Source: Candidatus Latescibacterota bacterium
GTDB lineage: Bacteria; Latescibacterota; UBA2968; UBA8231
Length of the DNA: 64,000 bases
Assembly: GCA_965221775.1 (NCBI GenBank)
Contig: CBDCSU010000006.1
Coordinates: 1,504,001 to 1,568,000 of the forward strand
Direction: 5' to 3'
Within the stretch, counting starts at the first letter, position 1. Each line of letters starts with the position of its first letter. Of the stretch, positions 1 to 8,841 are shown piece by piece. Under the pieces are notes generated by a model. It searched no databases and was not told the DNA's origin. It worked only from the letters and a program-made list of their open reading frames with translations. Both the position numbers and the translations under genes were made by a program.

Positions 1-106
1 GCGGCTCGGGGTCGGGCTTGGCGCAGGCCGCGACCAGGAGGGCGGCCAGGGCCACGAGGCCGACAGCCCCCGCCGCGCGGGCGATGTACCTGCTCTTCGC
101 GTTCAT
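1..106 (-). CDS. Lipoprotein, N-terminal part (runs off the window edge)
   Basis: Manual translation MNAKSRYIARAAGAVGLVALAALLVAA-CAKPDPEP shows a basic N-region, hydrophobic core and lipobox LVAAC. TATCGT -10-like box lies 7 nt upstream. Confidence 0.75.
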   Translation of the reverse strand, partial: MNAKSRYIARAAGAVGLVALAALLVAACAKPDPEP

Positions 107-110
107 GTAT

Positions 111-290
111 TCAACGATAAGGCTGCCCTCCAACAGAGTCCACGAGGGCCGGCGCCGGGGGCGGGTCCCGCAGCAGGGACTCGCGCTCGTCGCAGCGGCG
201 CAGGGCCGAGGCCGCCACCGAGGCCCATCCGGAGCCGGCGTAGGACTCCACCAGCCGCTGGTAGAGGGGGCGGGCGCGGCGGCGCCGGCG
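111..290 (-). pseudogene. 3' remnant of a TPR-like protein gene
   Basis: Frame reads RARPLYQRLVESYAGSGWASVAASALRRCDERESLL...YR* with GC3-rich codons. No start codon upstream of the TPR-like motif before the in-frame TGA at 315-317. Confidence 0.45.
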
Positions 291-411
291 AGCCCCACTG
301 CAAGGGGCGGGTAATCAGCCCCCTGGGTGGTAGGCAGCTTGACGTACCCGTACTATCTTATTGGCGGAGCAGTCAGGGATTCGGTTCCACTTGGTGATCC
401 AGGGGTGGGAT

Positions 412-921
412 ATGGTGTCCGAAACGACCAAGGAACTCTTGTGGCAGGGGCTTGTGGATGCCACGCACTTGTCCAGGTATTACGCCTATCTGACCAAGAG
501 ACACATGAGTCGCCAAAGGTGGACAAGAGGAGGATTGCTCGTTTCTGCCATCCTTGGATTCTCCGGGCTATTCGAGGCAGTCCCTATCGGGGTTTCCGTG
601 GTAGGCAACGTGGCTGTCGTCATCGTGGTCGTGATCGATTTCATGCACGACTATGGCCCCAAGGCAGCCACCTTGAACGCCACGAGCATCGTGTGCGCGA
701 AGGTCGAAGATCAGCGACACGCACTATGGGCCGATGTGGTCGAGGATCGTATTGAAGAGGACAAGGCCAGGGAGATCAATTCCCAGTTGGAGCGCCTGAT
801 CTCGGAGGCTGCGGTTGCACCGAGCTACTTGTCCGTAGAGCTCGACGACGATCTGAACCAAATCAGCTACGAGGAATCCACTGAGATGCTGAGAAGTCGC
901 TATGCAATCAGCGAGGCGTAG
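412..921 (+). CDS. SLATT-like two-TM membrane protein
   Basis: ATG at 412. N-terminal helix with YYAYL, two adjacent hydrophobic segments, then an acidic helical C-terminus. Visibly lower GC than flanks. Confidence 0.6.
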   Translation: MVSETTKELLWQGLVDATHLSRYYAYLTKRHMSRQRWTRGGLLVSAILGFSGLFEAVPIGVSVVGNVAVVIVVVIDFMHDYGPKAATLNATSIVCAKVEDQRHALWADVVEDRIEEDKAREINSQLERLISEAAVAPSYLSVELDDDLNQISYEESTEMLRSRYAISEA

Positions 922-1009
922 TACGGAGAGGGCCTCAAGGCCGCCTCGCCCCCGGCCCCCCAATCAGCCTCCGCCCCCCAAGCCACCGCCGAAGCCGCCG
1001 AGGACGTAG
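902..1009 (+). CDS. Putative 35-aa proline/arginine-rich micropeptide
   Basis: MQSARRSTERASRPPRPRPPNQPPPPKPPPKPPRT*, overlapping the last 20 nt of the upstream gene. Weak SD. Confidence 0.4.
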   Translation: MQSARRSTERASRPPRPRPPNQPPPPKPPPKPPRT

Positions 1010-1070
1010 GAGCCAAGGAGTAGCGACAACCCAACGAGCGTTGGTCGTTCTCGGGGCTCAAGCTTCTCGG

Positions 1071-1093
1071 CCCGGCCCGCCCGGGCGGGCCGG
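1071..1093. terminator. GC-rich hairpin between convergent genes
   Basis: Inverted repeat ccggcccgcc-cg-ggcgggccgg with no clear U-tract. Confidence 0.35.
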
Positions 1094-1168
1094 ATCTCCA
1101 GACAGATCGCGCTAGCCCGCGTCGCAGATTGATCCGTAGGACGCTACGCCTTCCTGGCAGGCGGCGGC

Positions 1169-2173
1169 TCAGAAGCCGACCGGCGGCAGCTCGCCGTAGG
1201 GAGGCGTCCGCAGCGGCTGGTCGAAGGGGTAGAGGAATCCGCACAGGAGGGCGCCCAGGAGCATGAGCGCCAGGTACCAGGCGAGGACGCGGCGGCCGAA
1301 GACGGCGCCGAGGGTGCCCACGGTGTGGAGCTTGGTGGCCGGGCCGGCGATGAAGAAGGCGAGAGCGGCGCCGGGAGCCATGCCCATGCGGACCATGGTC
1401 TCGACGATGGGGATGGCGGCGCCGCCGCAGGCGTAGAGGGGCACGCCGAGGGCGACGGCGGCGGGCACCGACCAGCGGTTGCCGGCGCCGAGGACGGCGC
1501 GGATCATCTCGGGCGTGAGGAAGGTGGAAACGAGGGCGGCGAGGAAGATGCCGAGGGCGAACCACCGGGAGATGAAGGAGAGGTCGCGGGCGAAGCGCCG
1601 CCAGAGGGCGGGAGCGGGGGCGGCGGCGGCCGGGCCGGAGCCGCCGGCCACGGCGAAGGGGGCGGTACCGAGACCGGCGAGCCACCCGCGGCTCTGCAGG
1701 GCGGCGGTGCCGAAGCCGGCGGCCAGGCCGATGCCGAGGGCGGTGACCGTGCGCGCCACGGCCATCTCGAGGCCGAGGGCGCCCAGGGTGTAGGTGAAGA
1801 GGGCGGGGTTCATGAGCGGTGAGGCGAAGAGGAAGGCCATCATCGGCGGCGCCGGGCACCCGGCGCCCATGACCCGGGAGGCGACGGGGATGGCGGCGAA
1901 GGTGCACAAGGGGGAGACGAGGCCGATGAGGGAGGCGCCGACGACCGAGCCGCGGCGGTGGCGGGAGAGCAGCTCGCCGAGGCGGGTGCGGGGCAGGTAG
2001 TGGGAGGCGAGGGCGCTCAGGGCGGCGCCGCCCAGCACCCAGGGCCACAGCTCGGCGGCGAGCTCGAAGAAGCCGATGCCGACGGCGCCGGTGCGCGTGC
2101 CCGGCAGCTCGTCGCGGCACCAGTCGGCGGCGTAGTAGAGCCAGTAGGAGGGATCGAGTTCGTACCAGCGCAT
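1169..2173 (-). CDS. Predicted permease, DUF318/ArsP family
   Basis: Multi-TM protein with two repeated Cys motifs (SPLCTFAAIP, PLYACGGAAIP) and FASPLMNP / IAGPAT motifs. Confidence 0.85.
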   Translation of the reverse strand: MRWYELDPSYWLYYAADWCRDELPGTRTGAVGIGFFELAAELWPWVLGGAALSALASHYLPRTRLGELLSRHRRGSVVGASLIGLVSPLCTFAAIPVASRVMGAGCPAPPMMAFLFASPLMNPALFTYTLGALGLEMAVARTVTALGIGLAAGFGTAALQSRGWLAGLGTAPFAVAGGSGPAAAAPAPALWRRFARDLSFISRWFALGIFLAALVSTFLTPEMIRAVLGAGNRWSVPAAVALGVPLYACGGAAIPIVETMVRMGMAPGAALAFFIAGPATKLHTVGTLGAVFGRRVLAWYLALMLLGALLCGFLYPFDQPLRTPPYGELPPVGF

Positions 2174-2349
2174 CTCGGGCGCGGCCGCCGGGGCGAAGGC
2201 CCGGAACTCTCGGGAGATCTAGGATTCTACAGGGAGACGCCGCCGCTCAGGAACCTACGCAGCGGCCGTTGGTGTGTCATCTTGAGATTTGGGGGGGGAC
2301 TTGCCTCCCCGGGGTGGCGCAGATGCAACTACGGAATCCAGAACGAAGA

Positions 2350-2389
2350 AGAGCCCGCGCTCCAGCTATCGAGCGTGGGCTCTCTTTCT
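2350..2389 (-). terminator. Intrinsic terminator (possibly bidirectional)
   Basis: 13-bp stem agagcccgcgctc/gagcgtgggctct with an 8-nt loop and pyrimidine tails on both strands, just after the stop at 2399. Confidence 0.65.
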
Positions 2390-2398
2390 AGTCTTGCC

Positions 2399-2592
2399 TC
2401 ACGGACCGGGACCCGGAGGCCCACCTGGCGGCTGGCTAAGCGGGGTGCCTTGGGTAGACTTCAGACCTACCCCCTCGAGCAACCCCTCGATGCGGGCCAC
2501 GCGGCGGTCGACGTCCGCGATATCCTGCGCCATACATAGAGCACGACAGCGATGATAGCGGTAGGCTCTACCCAGAAAGGAAGATCGCTCAA
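2399..2592 (-). pseudogene. Frameshifted small membrane-anchored coiled-coil protein
   Basis: AGGAGG RBS then TTG start (TTGA overlap with the upstream stop). Frame 1 gives MSDLPFWVEPTAIIAVVLYVWRR (TM); another frame continues DIADVDRRVARIEGLLEG...PGP*. Confidence 0.5.
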
Positions 2593-2843
2593 GAGACCAC
2601 CTCCTGGATATTGAACTCCCGGGCGATCGCCTCGTGAGAGAACCCGGCTTGCAGACACCACCGGATAGCTGCATCTCGGGAGGGCAACACATAGATGCGC
2701 CCGGCCCCAGCGTCGTACTTCAGGTAATAAGGCGAGTGCTTATAGAGACGATCACCGGATGGAGCTCCCATGATGGGATTCAATCTGTCAGGATCCACGG
2801 CGATGAAGCTGCCATCCGGCAACTCGATGATCAATCGGCTCAT
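2589..2843 (-). CDS. Hypothetical 84-aa protein
   Basis: Globular composition, lower GC, AAGGGA upstream of ATG, translationally coupled to the next ORF. Confidence 0.55.
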   Translation of the reverse strand: MSRLIIELPDGSFIAVDPDRLNPIMGAPSGDRLYKHSPYYLKYDAGAGRIYVLPSRDAAIRWCLQAGFSHEAIAREFNIQEVVS

Positions 2844-3132
2844 GTCCCTTGCTCTGTCTCGCCTCCACCCCCGGCTGATCTCTCGACGCCCAGCCGGCGT
2901 CCGCTACTTCGCCCGGCCCTACCTCCCGCCTGCGCGGCTGCTGCTCTCACAGCTCGGTGCGGGCTCTCGGGCGACTCTTCGACCTCGCCGACGACCCGAC
3001 CCAGCGGGCTGGTGAACATGGACGTTGGTAGTCTACCACCCGCTTACCCGGCTGTCCAGCTTTCCAGCTCCCGGAGAGATCTACCGGGCCCGAGGATTCC
3101 AGGATTGACGGACCGCCCAGCGGCCCGGCGCT

Positions 3133-3162
3133 TTGACAACCGGAGAAAAGGCCGGTTAGGTT
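3133..3162 (+). promoter_or_regulatory. Sigma70-type promoter of the TPR-rdgB-ABC operon
   Basis: TTGACA (3133-3138), 18 nt, TAGGTT (3157-3162). Confidence 0.55.
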
Positions 3163-3213
3163 GAACCGGTTTCCACCCTCGCACCCCACCACCCGAGCAC
3201 GGAATCACCGAAA

Positions 3214-4599
3214 ATGACTGCGAGCAGATATCCCCGTACCCGGGCCCGCGCCCTGGCCGCGGCCCTGGGGATGGCGGCCCTCGCGTGGGCGGCCGCCGCC
3301 GCGGCCCAGCCGGACGAGGCGATCGTGCGCTACCGCGCCGGCTACGAACTCCTGATGAAGCGGGACTTCCGCAACGCCGCCATCGAGCTGGAGGCGGCGG
3401 CGGCGATCGACTCCACGTACGACGTGGCGCTCTACGCCCTGAGCCGGGCCCACGGGTTCCTCGGCAACTACATCAAGGCGGCCGACGCCTTGCAGGCGGC
3501 CCTGCGCCACGGCCTGCAAAAGCCGCCGGACAGGGCCCCCCGGTCCTATGTCGACTCGCTGCGCAAGGCGCTGCAGCCCGAGGCCTTCAATCCTCTCTCG
3601 AATTACCGGGGCATGCTGGGCGCAAATTACCACCGGAGCTGGATCGACTCGCTCAGGGCCTCCCGCTACCAGAGCTATGCCGTGGGTCTGGCCGACTTCC
3701 ATTACAGGGGCGGGTTGGTCTCCCGCCAGCAGCGGCGCTTCGGAGAGGCGATCGAGCACCTGGAGCTGTCCCTTCACAACCGACCTACCGACGCCTGGCT
3801 CGACTCCCTCGATGCGGCCTTCGCCGGTCCGCTGCGCCTCCTCCGTGAAGGCGAAGCGCGGCCGGCCTGGATCGACTCGCTGGAGACGGCGCGGGAGCTC
3901 GGCATCCGACACCGCCGGCACCGGGCCCAGACCTACTACACGATCGCTCTGTGCCACCTGAGCCTGCGCCAGCCGGACCGGGCCGCTTCCGCCTTGCGGC
4001 AGGCGATCGCCGTCTACCCCACCTACCCCTGGCCGTACGTCTCCCTCGGACGCATCCACCGCCAGCGCGGCGAGCTGCGGCAGGCGGCGCAGATGTACGA
4101 GAAGGCGGTCGCCGCGGACGGCTCCATCGTGCAGGCCTATTCCGGACTGGCCCGGGTGCGCCTCGACTCCGAGGACCTGGAGGGAGCGGTGAAGGCGCTG
4201 GAGAAGGCGGTCGCCGTCGACCCGGAGTACGCCGACGGCCTGGTGCTGCTCGGAACCACCCTCAACCACCTGCAGCGCTACGAGTCGGCGGTGGCGGCGC
4301 TGAAGAAGGCCGTCGAGGTCGATCCCAAGAACGCCGAGGCCCACTACCGGCTGGGCGAGGCCTACTACGGCACCGGGCAGGCGCGCCCGGCGGCCGGGGC
4401 GGCCCAGCAGGCGGTGCGCCGGCAGAAGGACTTCTACGCCGCCATGGTGGTGCTCGCCGACGCCCACCTCGACCTCGGGCAGACCGACCAGGCCCGCACC
4501 TGGTACCAGCGGGCGAGCAAGGACAGCCGCCAGCGCGACTACTGCAACCACAAGCTCCAGGAGCTGGAAGCGGCCGAGGCCGCGGCCGAAGGGCGCTAG
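3214..4599 (+). CDS. Secreted tetratricopeptide-repeat protein
   Basis: Signal peptide (ALAAALGMAALAWAAAAAA-Q) and several TPR consensus units (ALEKAVAVDPEYA, ALKKAVEVDPKNAEAHYRLG). Confidence 0.9.
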   Translation: MTASRYPRTRARALAAALGMAALAWAAAAAAQPDEAIVRYRAGYELLMKRDFRNAAIELEAAAAIDSTYDVALYALSRAHGFLGNYIKAADALQAALRHGLQKPPDRAPRSYVDSLRKALQPEAFNPLSNYRGMLGANYHRSWIDSLRASRYQSYAVGLADFHYRGGLVSRQQRRFGEAIEHLELSLHNRPTDAWLDSLDAAFAGPLRLLREGEARPAWIDSLETARELGIRHRRHRAQTYYTIALCHLSLRQPDRAASALRQAIAVYPTYPWPYVSLGRIHRQRGELRQAAQMYEKAVAADGSIVQAYSGLARVRLDSEDLEGAVKALEKAVAVDPEYADGLVLLGTTLNHLQRYESAVAALKKAVEVDPKNAEAHYRLGEAYYGTGQARPAAGAAQQAVRRQKDFYAAMVVLADAHLDLGQTDQARTWYQRASKDSRQRDYCNHKLQELEAAEAAAEGR

Positions 4600-4606
4600 C
4601 CGCGCC

Positions 4607-5212
4607 GTGGTGCTGGTCGCCACGGGCAACCCCGGCAAGCTCGCCGAGTTCCGCCGCCTGCTGAGGGGCATCCGGACGGTCTCGCCGGCCGAGCGCGGCC
4701 TGCAGGGGCTGAACGTCGCCGAGACGGGCTCCACCTTCCACGAGAACGCCCTGCTCAAGGCGCGGGCCTGGGCCGAGGCCTCCGGCCTCGTGAGCCTGGC
4801 CGACGACTCCGGCCTGGAGGTCGACGCCCTCGGCGGCGCCCCCGGGGTGCTCTCGGCGCGCTACGGCGGCGAGGGCCTCGACGACGGCGGCCGCTGCCGG
4901 CGGCTGCTGCGGGCGCTGGACGGCGTCCCCCCCCGAGAGCGCGGCGCCCGTTTCCGCTGCTGCCTGGCGGCGGCGTCCCCCGACGGGCGGCTGGCCACGG
5001 CCGAAGGCGTGTGCGAGGGGCGGATCCTCGAGGCGCCGGTGGGCCGCGGCGGCTTCGGCTACGATCCCGTGTTCCACGCCGCGGAGGCCGGTCGCGGCAT
5101 GGCCGAGCTGAGCGCCGACGAGAAGGGGGCGATCAGCCACCGGGGCCGGGCCCTGAACGCCATCCGCCCGCTGCTGCTGGAGCGCTTTCCGGAGATCGCC
5201 GACCGGCCCTGA
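4607..5212 (+). CDS. rdgB: Non-canonical purine NTP pyrophosphatase (RdgB/HAM1)
   Basis: ATGNPGK, ENALLKA, ADDSGL, GFGYDP and ISHRG motifs. Confidence 0.95.
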   Translation: MVLVATGNPGKLAEFRRLLRGIRTVSPAERGLQGLNVAETGSTFHENALLKARAWAEASGLVSLADDSGLEVDALGGAPGVLSARYGGEGLDDGGRCRRLLRALDGVPPRERGARFRCCLAAASPDGRLATAEGVCEGRILEAPVGRGGFGYDPVFHAAEAGRGMAELSADEKGAISHRGRALNAIRPLLLERFPEIADRP

Positions 5213-5217
5213 GCCCG

Positions 5218-7032
5218 ATGCTCGGACCTTTCGCCCCCTACACGCGGCCGTACCGCCTGCGCATGGCCCTGGGCGTGGGGGCGATCTTCCTCTCCCAGGC
5301 GGCCAACGCCCGCATCCCCCTCGAGATCGGCGCCGCCTTCGACGACCTGGCCCTGCCGCCGGCGGCGGACATCCCGGGCCTGGTCGAGGAGCACCTGGTG
5401 CGCATCCTCGGCCTCTCCCTCCTGGTGGCGGCCGGCGCCTTCTCCATGCGCCGCCTCCTCGGCGTGGCCGCCACCTGGATCGAGTTCGACATCCGCACCG
5501 TCTACTTCGCGCACCTGCTGCGCCAGCCCCTCTCCTTCTACCAGGGGCACCGCACGGGCGACCTGATGGCGCGGGCCACCAACGACCTCCAGCAGATCCG
5601 GCTGTTCTTCGTGTACGGCCTGCGGGGCGTGGTGGAGACGGTGCTGATCTTCCTGTTCGCCATCGTCAATATGTGCCGCATCGACTGGGAGCTGACGCTG
5701 CTGGTGCTGGTCCCGGTGCCACTCATGAGCCTGTTCATCATCCGCATGGCCTCCCTCGTGCACTCCCGCTTCCGGGCGATCCAGGACTTCTTCGGCCACA
5801 TGAGCAACTTCGTGCAGGAGAACCTCACCGGGATCCGCCTGGTGAAGGCGTTCGACCAGGGAGGGGCCCAGGCGCGCGCCTTCGAGGGCCTCAACCAGCA
5901 GTACCTGGACCGCAACCAGCGGCTGATCCGGACGCGCGCCGTGTACCGCCCCCTCTCCTTCCTGATCGCCTCCCTGAGCCTGGGGATGAACCTGTGGCTG
6001 GGGGGGCGGGCGGTGACCGCGGGGGCCCTGAGCGTGGGCGATTTCGTCGCCATCAACGCCTACCTTACCATGCTGATCCGCCCCATCTCCCATCTGGGCT
6101 GGGTCGTCGACCGCTTCCAGCGGGCCCTGGTCGCCATCCGCCGCATCAACGAGGTGCTGGCGGTGGAGCCGGCGATCCGCGACCCCGCCGCTCCCGAGGC
6201 GGGGGGACCGGAGGCCGGGGCCGGGGCCGCCGGGGTGAGGGCCCGCGCCGGGCTGGCCGAGGGGCGGCGGCGGACGTCCTCGCGGGTGCGCGGAGAGCTG
6301 CGCTTCGAGGGCGTGGGCTTCGCCTACGACGGGCTGCCGGCGCTGCGGGGCATCGACCTCACCGTGCCGGCGGGCTCCACTCTCGGCATCGTCGGCCGCG
6401 TGGGCTCGGGCAAGACGACCCTGGCGCGGCTGATCCCGCGGCTGATCGAGCCGACGGAGGGGCGGGTCCTGCTCGACGGGGTGCCGCTGGCCGAGTGGCC
6501 TCTCGACGAGCTGCGCGAGGCGATGGGCTACGTGGCGCAGACGCCGTTCCTGTTCTCGGACACGGTGGGGGCCAACGTCGGCTACGCCGTGGAGGAGGCC
6601 GGCGAGGACGAGATCCGCGCCGCCGCCGGGGAGGCGGGCCTGCGCGAGGACGTGGAAGCCTTCGACGACGGCTTCGACACCGTCGTGGGCGAGCGCGGCA
6701 TCACCCTGTCGGGGGGGCAGAAGCAGCGCACCACCCTGGCCCGGGCGCTGCTGGCGAGACCGCGGATCCTGATCCTCGACGACTCCCTCTCCGCGGTGGA
6801 CACGCACACGGAGGAGGCGATCCTCGGGCACCTGCGGGGGATCATGGCCGGGCGCACGACGATCCTCATCGCCCACCGCATCTCCACCCTGAGGGACGCC
6901 GACCGCATCGTCGTCCTCGACGAGGGCCGCATCGCCGAGAGCGGCACCCACCGGGAGCTGGCCGCCTCCGGGGGGTTCTACGCCGAGCTGGCCCGCCGCC
7001 AGCAGCTGGCCGCCGAGCTGGAGCAGCTGTGA
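5218..7032 (+). CDS. ABC exporter, fused permease/ATPase (MdlA-like half)
   Basis: TMD with TGDLMARATND, Walker A GRVGSGKT, LSGGQKQR, degenerate Walker B ILILDD. Confidence 0.92.
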   Translation: MLGPFAPYTRPYRLRMALGVGAIFLSQAANARIPLEIGAAFDDLALPPAADIPGLVEEHLVRILGLSLLVAAGAFSMRRLLGVAATWIEFDIRTVYFAHLLRQPLSFYQGHRTGDLMARATNDLQQIRLFFVYGLRGVVETVLIFLFAIVNMCRIDWELTLLVLVPVPLMSLFIIRMASLVHSRFRAIQDFFGHMSNFVQENLTGIRLVKAFDQGGAQARAFEGLNQQYLDRNQRLIRTRAVYRPLSFLIASLSLGMNLWLGGRAVTAGALSVGDFVAINAYLTMLIRPISHLGWVVDRFQRALVAIRRINEVLAVEPAIRDPAAPEAGGPEAGAGAAGVRARAGLAEGRRRTSSRVRGELRFEGVGFAYDGLPALRGIDLTVPAGSTLGIVGRVGSGKTTLARLIPRLIEPTEGRVLLDGVPLAEWPLDELREAMGYVAQTPFLFSDTVGANVGYAVEEAGEDEIRAAAGEAGLREDVEAFDDGFDTVVGERGITLSGGQKQRTTLARALLARPRILILDDSLSAVDTHTEEAILGHLRGIMAGRTTILIAHRISTLRDADRIVVLDEGRIAESGTHRELAASGGFYAELARRQQLAAELEQL

Positions 7033-8828
7033 GCCCGGCCCCCCTCTCCCGGGAAGAGGAGATCCAGGAGCGGCCCTTCAACCTGCGCCTGGCGGTGCGC
7101 CTGGTGGCCTGCCTGGGCCCCTACAAGCTGCGCGTCGCCGCCGCCCTGGTGCTGATCGTCGCCGCCGCCGCCTCCAGCCAGCTCGGCCCGTGGCTGACCC
7201 AGATCGGATTCGACGACTACATGCTGAAGGGGGACCTGGAGGGCCTCCACGTGATCGTCGCCCTCTACTTCGGTTCCCTCGCCGTGCAGTACGCCGCCCA
7301 GTACGGCCAGACGCGGGTCACGGAGATGACGGGGCAGCTGGTCATGCGCGACCTGCGGCGCCGGATCTTCGTCCATCTCCAGCGGCTGCCGATGCGCTAC
7401 TTCGACCGCACGCCGGTCGGCCGCACGATGACGCGCACCACCAACGACGTGGAGGCCCTCAACGAGTTCTTCACCGAGGGCGTGGTCTCGGTCTTCATCG
7501 ACCTGGCGACGCTGGCGGCGATCCTCGGCTTCATGGCGTTCATGGACCTGCGCCTGACCCTGGTCTCGTGCATCGTCATCCCGGTGGTGGCGGCAGCCAC
7601 CTTCTACCTGCAGGGCAAGGCGATGGGCGCCTACCGCGAGCTGCGGCTGCGGCTGGCGCGGCTCAACTCCTACCTGCAGGAGAACATCACCGGCATGGAG
7701 GTGGTGCAGCTCTTCAACCGCCAGCGGCGCAACCGCCGCGACTTCGACGGCGAGCACCTGCCCTACCGCCGCGCCGAGGACCGCGAGATCCTCTACTACG
7801 CCATTTTCTTCCCCTTCACCGAGTGGGTCTCCACGGTGGGTACGGCCCTGATCGTGTGGTACGGCGCCGGCGCGGTGCTGCAGGAGCGGATCGAGCCGGG
7901 GGTGCTGGTCGCCTTCCTCCAGTACATACGCCGGTTCTTCCGCCCCATCATGGACATCTCCGACCGCTACGCGCTGCTGCAGAGCGCCATGGCCTCGTCG
8001 GAGCGCATCTTCCTGCTGCTGGACACGCGGCCCGAGCCGGCCGGCGGCGGCGGCCTCCCGAAGGCGGGGGCCGAGGCGGAGACGCCGGCGATCGAGTTCG
8101 AGAGCGTGCGCTTCAAGTACGAGGAAGGGTCGGAGGACTGGATTTTGCGCGACGTCTCCTTTGCCGTGCCCGCCGGCCACAGCCTGGCCCTGGTGGGCGC
8201 CACCGGGTCGGGCAAGACGACGGTGGTCAACCTCCTGTGCCGGTTCTACGACGTGCAGGAGGGCTCGGTGAGGGTGGACGGGCTCGACGTGCGGGAGTGG
8301 GACGTGAACGCCCTGCGGCGGCGCATCGGCATCGTGCAGCAGGACGTCTTCCTGTTCTCCGGAGACATCGAGAGCAACATCCGCCTGGGGGACGGGGCGA
8401 TCCCGCCGGAGCAGGTGCGCAGGATGGCGCGCTACGTCAAGGCGGAGGCGTTCATCGAGCGCCTGCCGCGGGGCTACGGGCAGCCGGTGGCCGAGGGCGG
8501 CTCGAGCCTGTCGGCGGGGCAGCGCCAGCTGCTCTCCTTCGCCCGCTGCCTGGCCTTCGACCCGGCGATTCTCGTGCTCGACGAGGCCACGTCGAGCATC
8601 GACACCGAGACCGAGCAGCTGATCCAGGAAGCGGTGCAGCGGCTGATGCACGACCGCACGTCGGTGGTGATCGCCCACCGCCTGTCGACGATCCGCAGCG
8701 CCGACCAGATCCTGGTGCTGCACCGGGGGCAGGTGCGGGAGCGGGGGCGCCACGAGGAGCTGCTCGCCCGCAACGGCATCTACGCGCGGCTCTGCCGCCT
8801 GGACTACGGACGGGCGGCGGCCGGCTGA
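7029..8828 (+). CDS. ABC exporter, fused permease/ATPase (MdlB-like half)
   Basis: GTG start overlapping the upstream TGA. GATGSGKT, LSAGQRQL, VLDEATS and AHRLST motifs. Confidence 0.92.
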   Translation: MSPAPLSREEEIQERPFNLRLAVRLVACLGPYKLRVAAALVLIVAAAASSQLGPWLTQIGFDDYMLKGDLEGLHVIVALYFGSLAVQYAAQYGQTRVTEMTGQLVMRDLRRRIFVHLQRLPMRYFDRTPVGRTMTRTTNDVEALNEFFTEGVVSVFIDLATLAAILGFMAFMDLRLTLVSCIVIPVVAAATFYLQGKAMGAYRELRLRLARLNSYLQENITGMEVVQLFNRQRRNRRDFDGEHLPYRRAEDREILYYAIFFPFTEWVSTVGTALIVWYGAGAVLQERIEPGVLVAFLQYIRRFFRPIMDISDRYALLQSAMASSERIFLLLDTRPEPAGGGGLPKAGAEAETPAIEFESVRFKYEEGSEDWILRDVSFAVPAGHSLALVGATGSGKTTVVNLLCRFYDVQEGSVRVDGLDVREWDVNALRRRIGIVQQDVFLFSGDIESNIRLGDGAIPPEQVRRMARYVKAEAFIERLPRGYGQPVAEGGSSLSAGQRQLLSFARCLAFDPAILVLDEATSSIDTETEQLIQEAVQRLMHDRTSVVIAHRLSTIRSADQILVLHRGQVRERGRHEELLARNGIYARLCRLDYGRAAAG

Positions 8829-8841
8829 CCCGCGGGGCCCC

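Noticed and set aside
1029-1050. ACCCAAC plus a small hairpin after the SLATT-like cassette as an integron attC site
   Set aside because: No matching GTTRRRY at a suitable distance, no similar sites at the other solo genes and no integrase.
2291-2298. G8 homopolymer as a phase-variation tract
   Set aside because: Short, intergenic and not clearly within a promoter spacer; unremarkable at this GC content.
5059-8753. Long antisense and alternative-frame ORFs throughout the window (for example 5059-6951, 34134-36695, 45442-48753)
   Set aside because: Shadow ORFs caused by stop-codon scarcity at high GC; they mirror well-supported genes and are Arg/Pro/Gly-rich.
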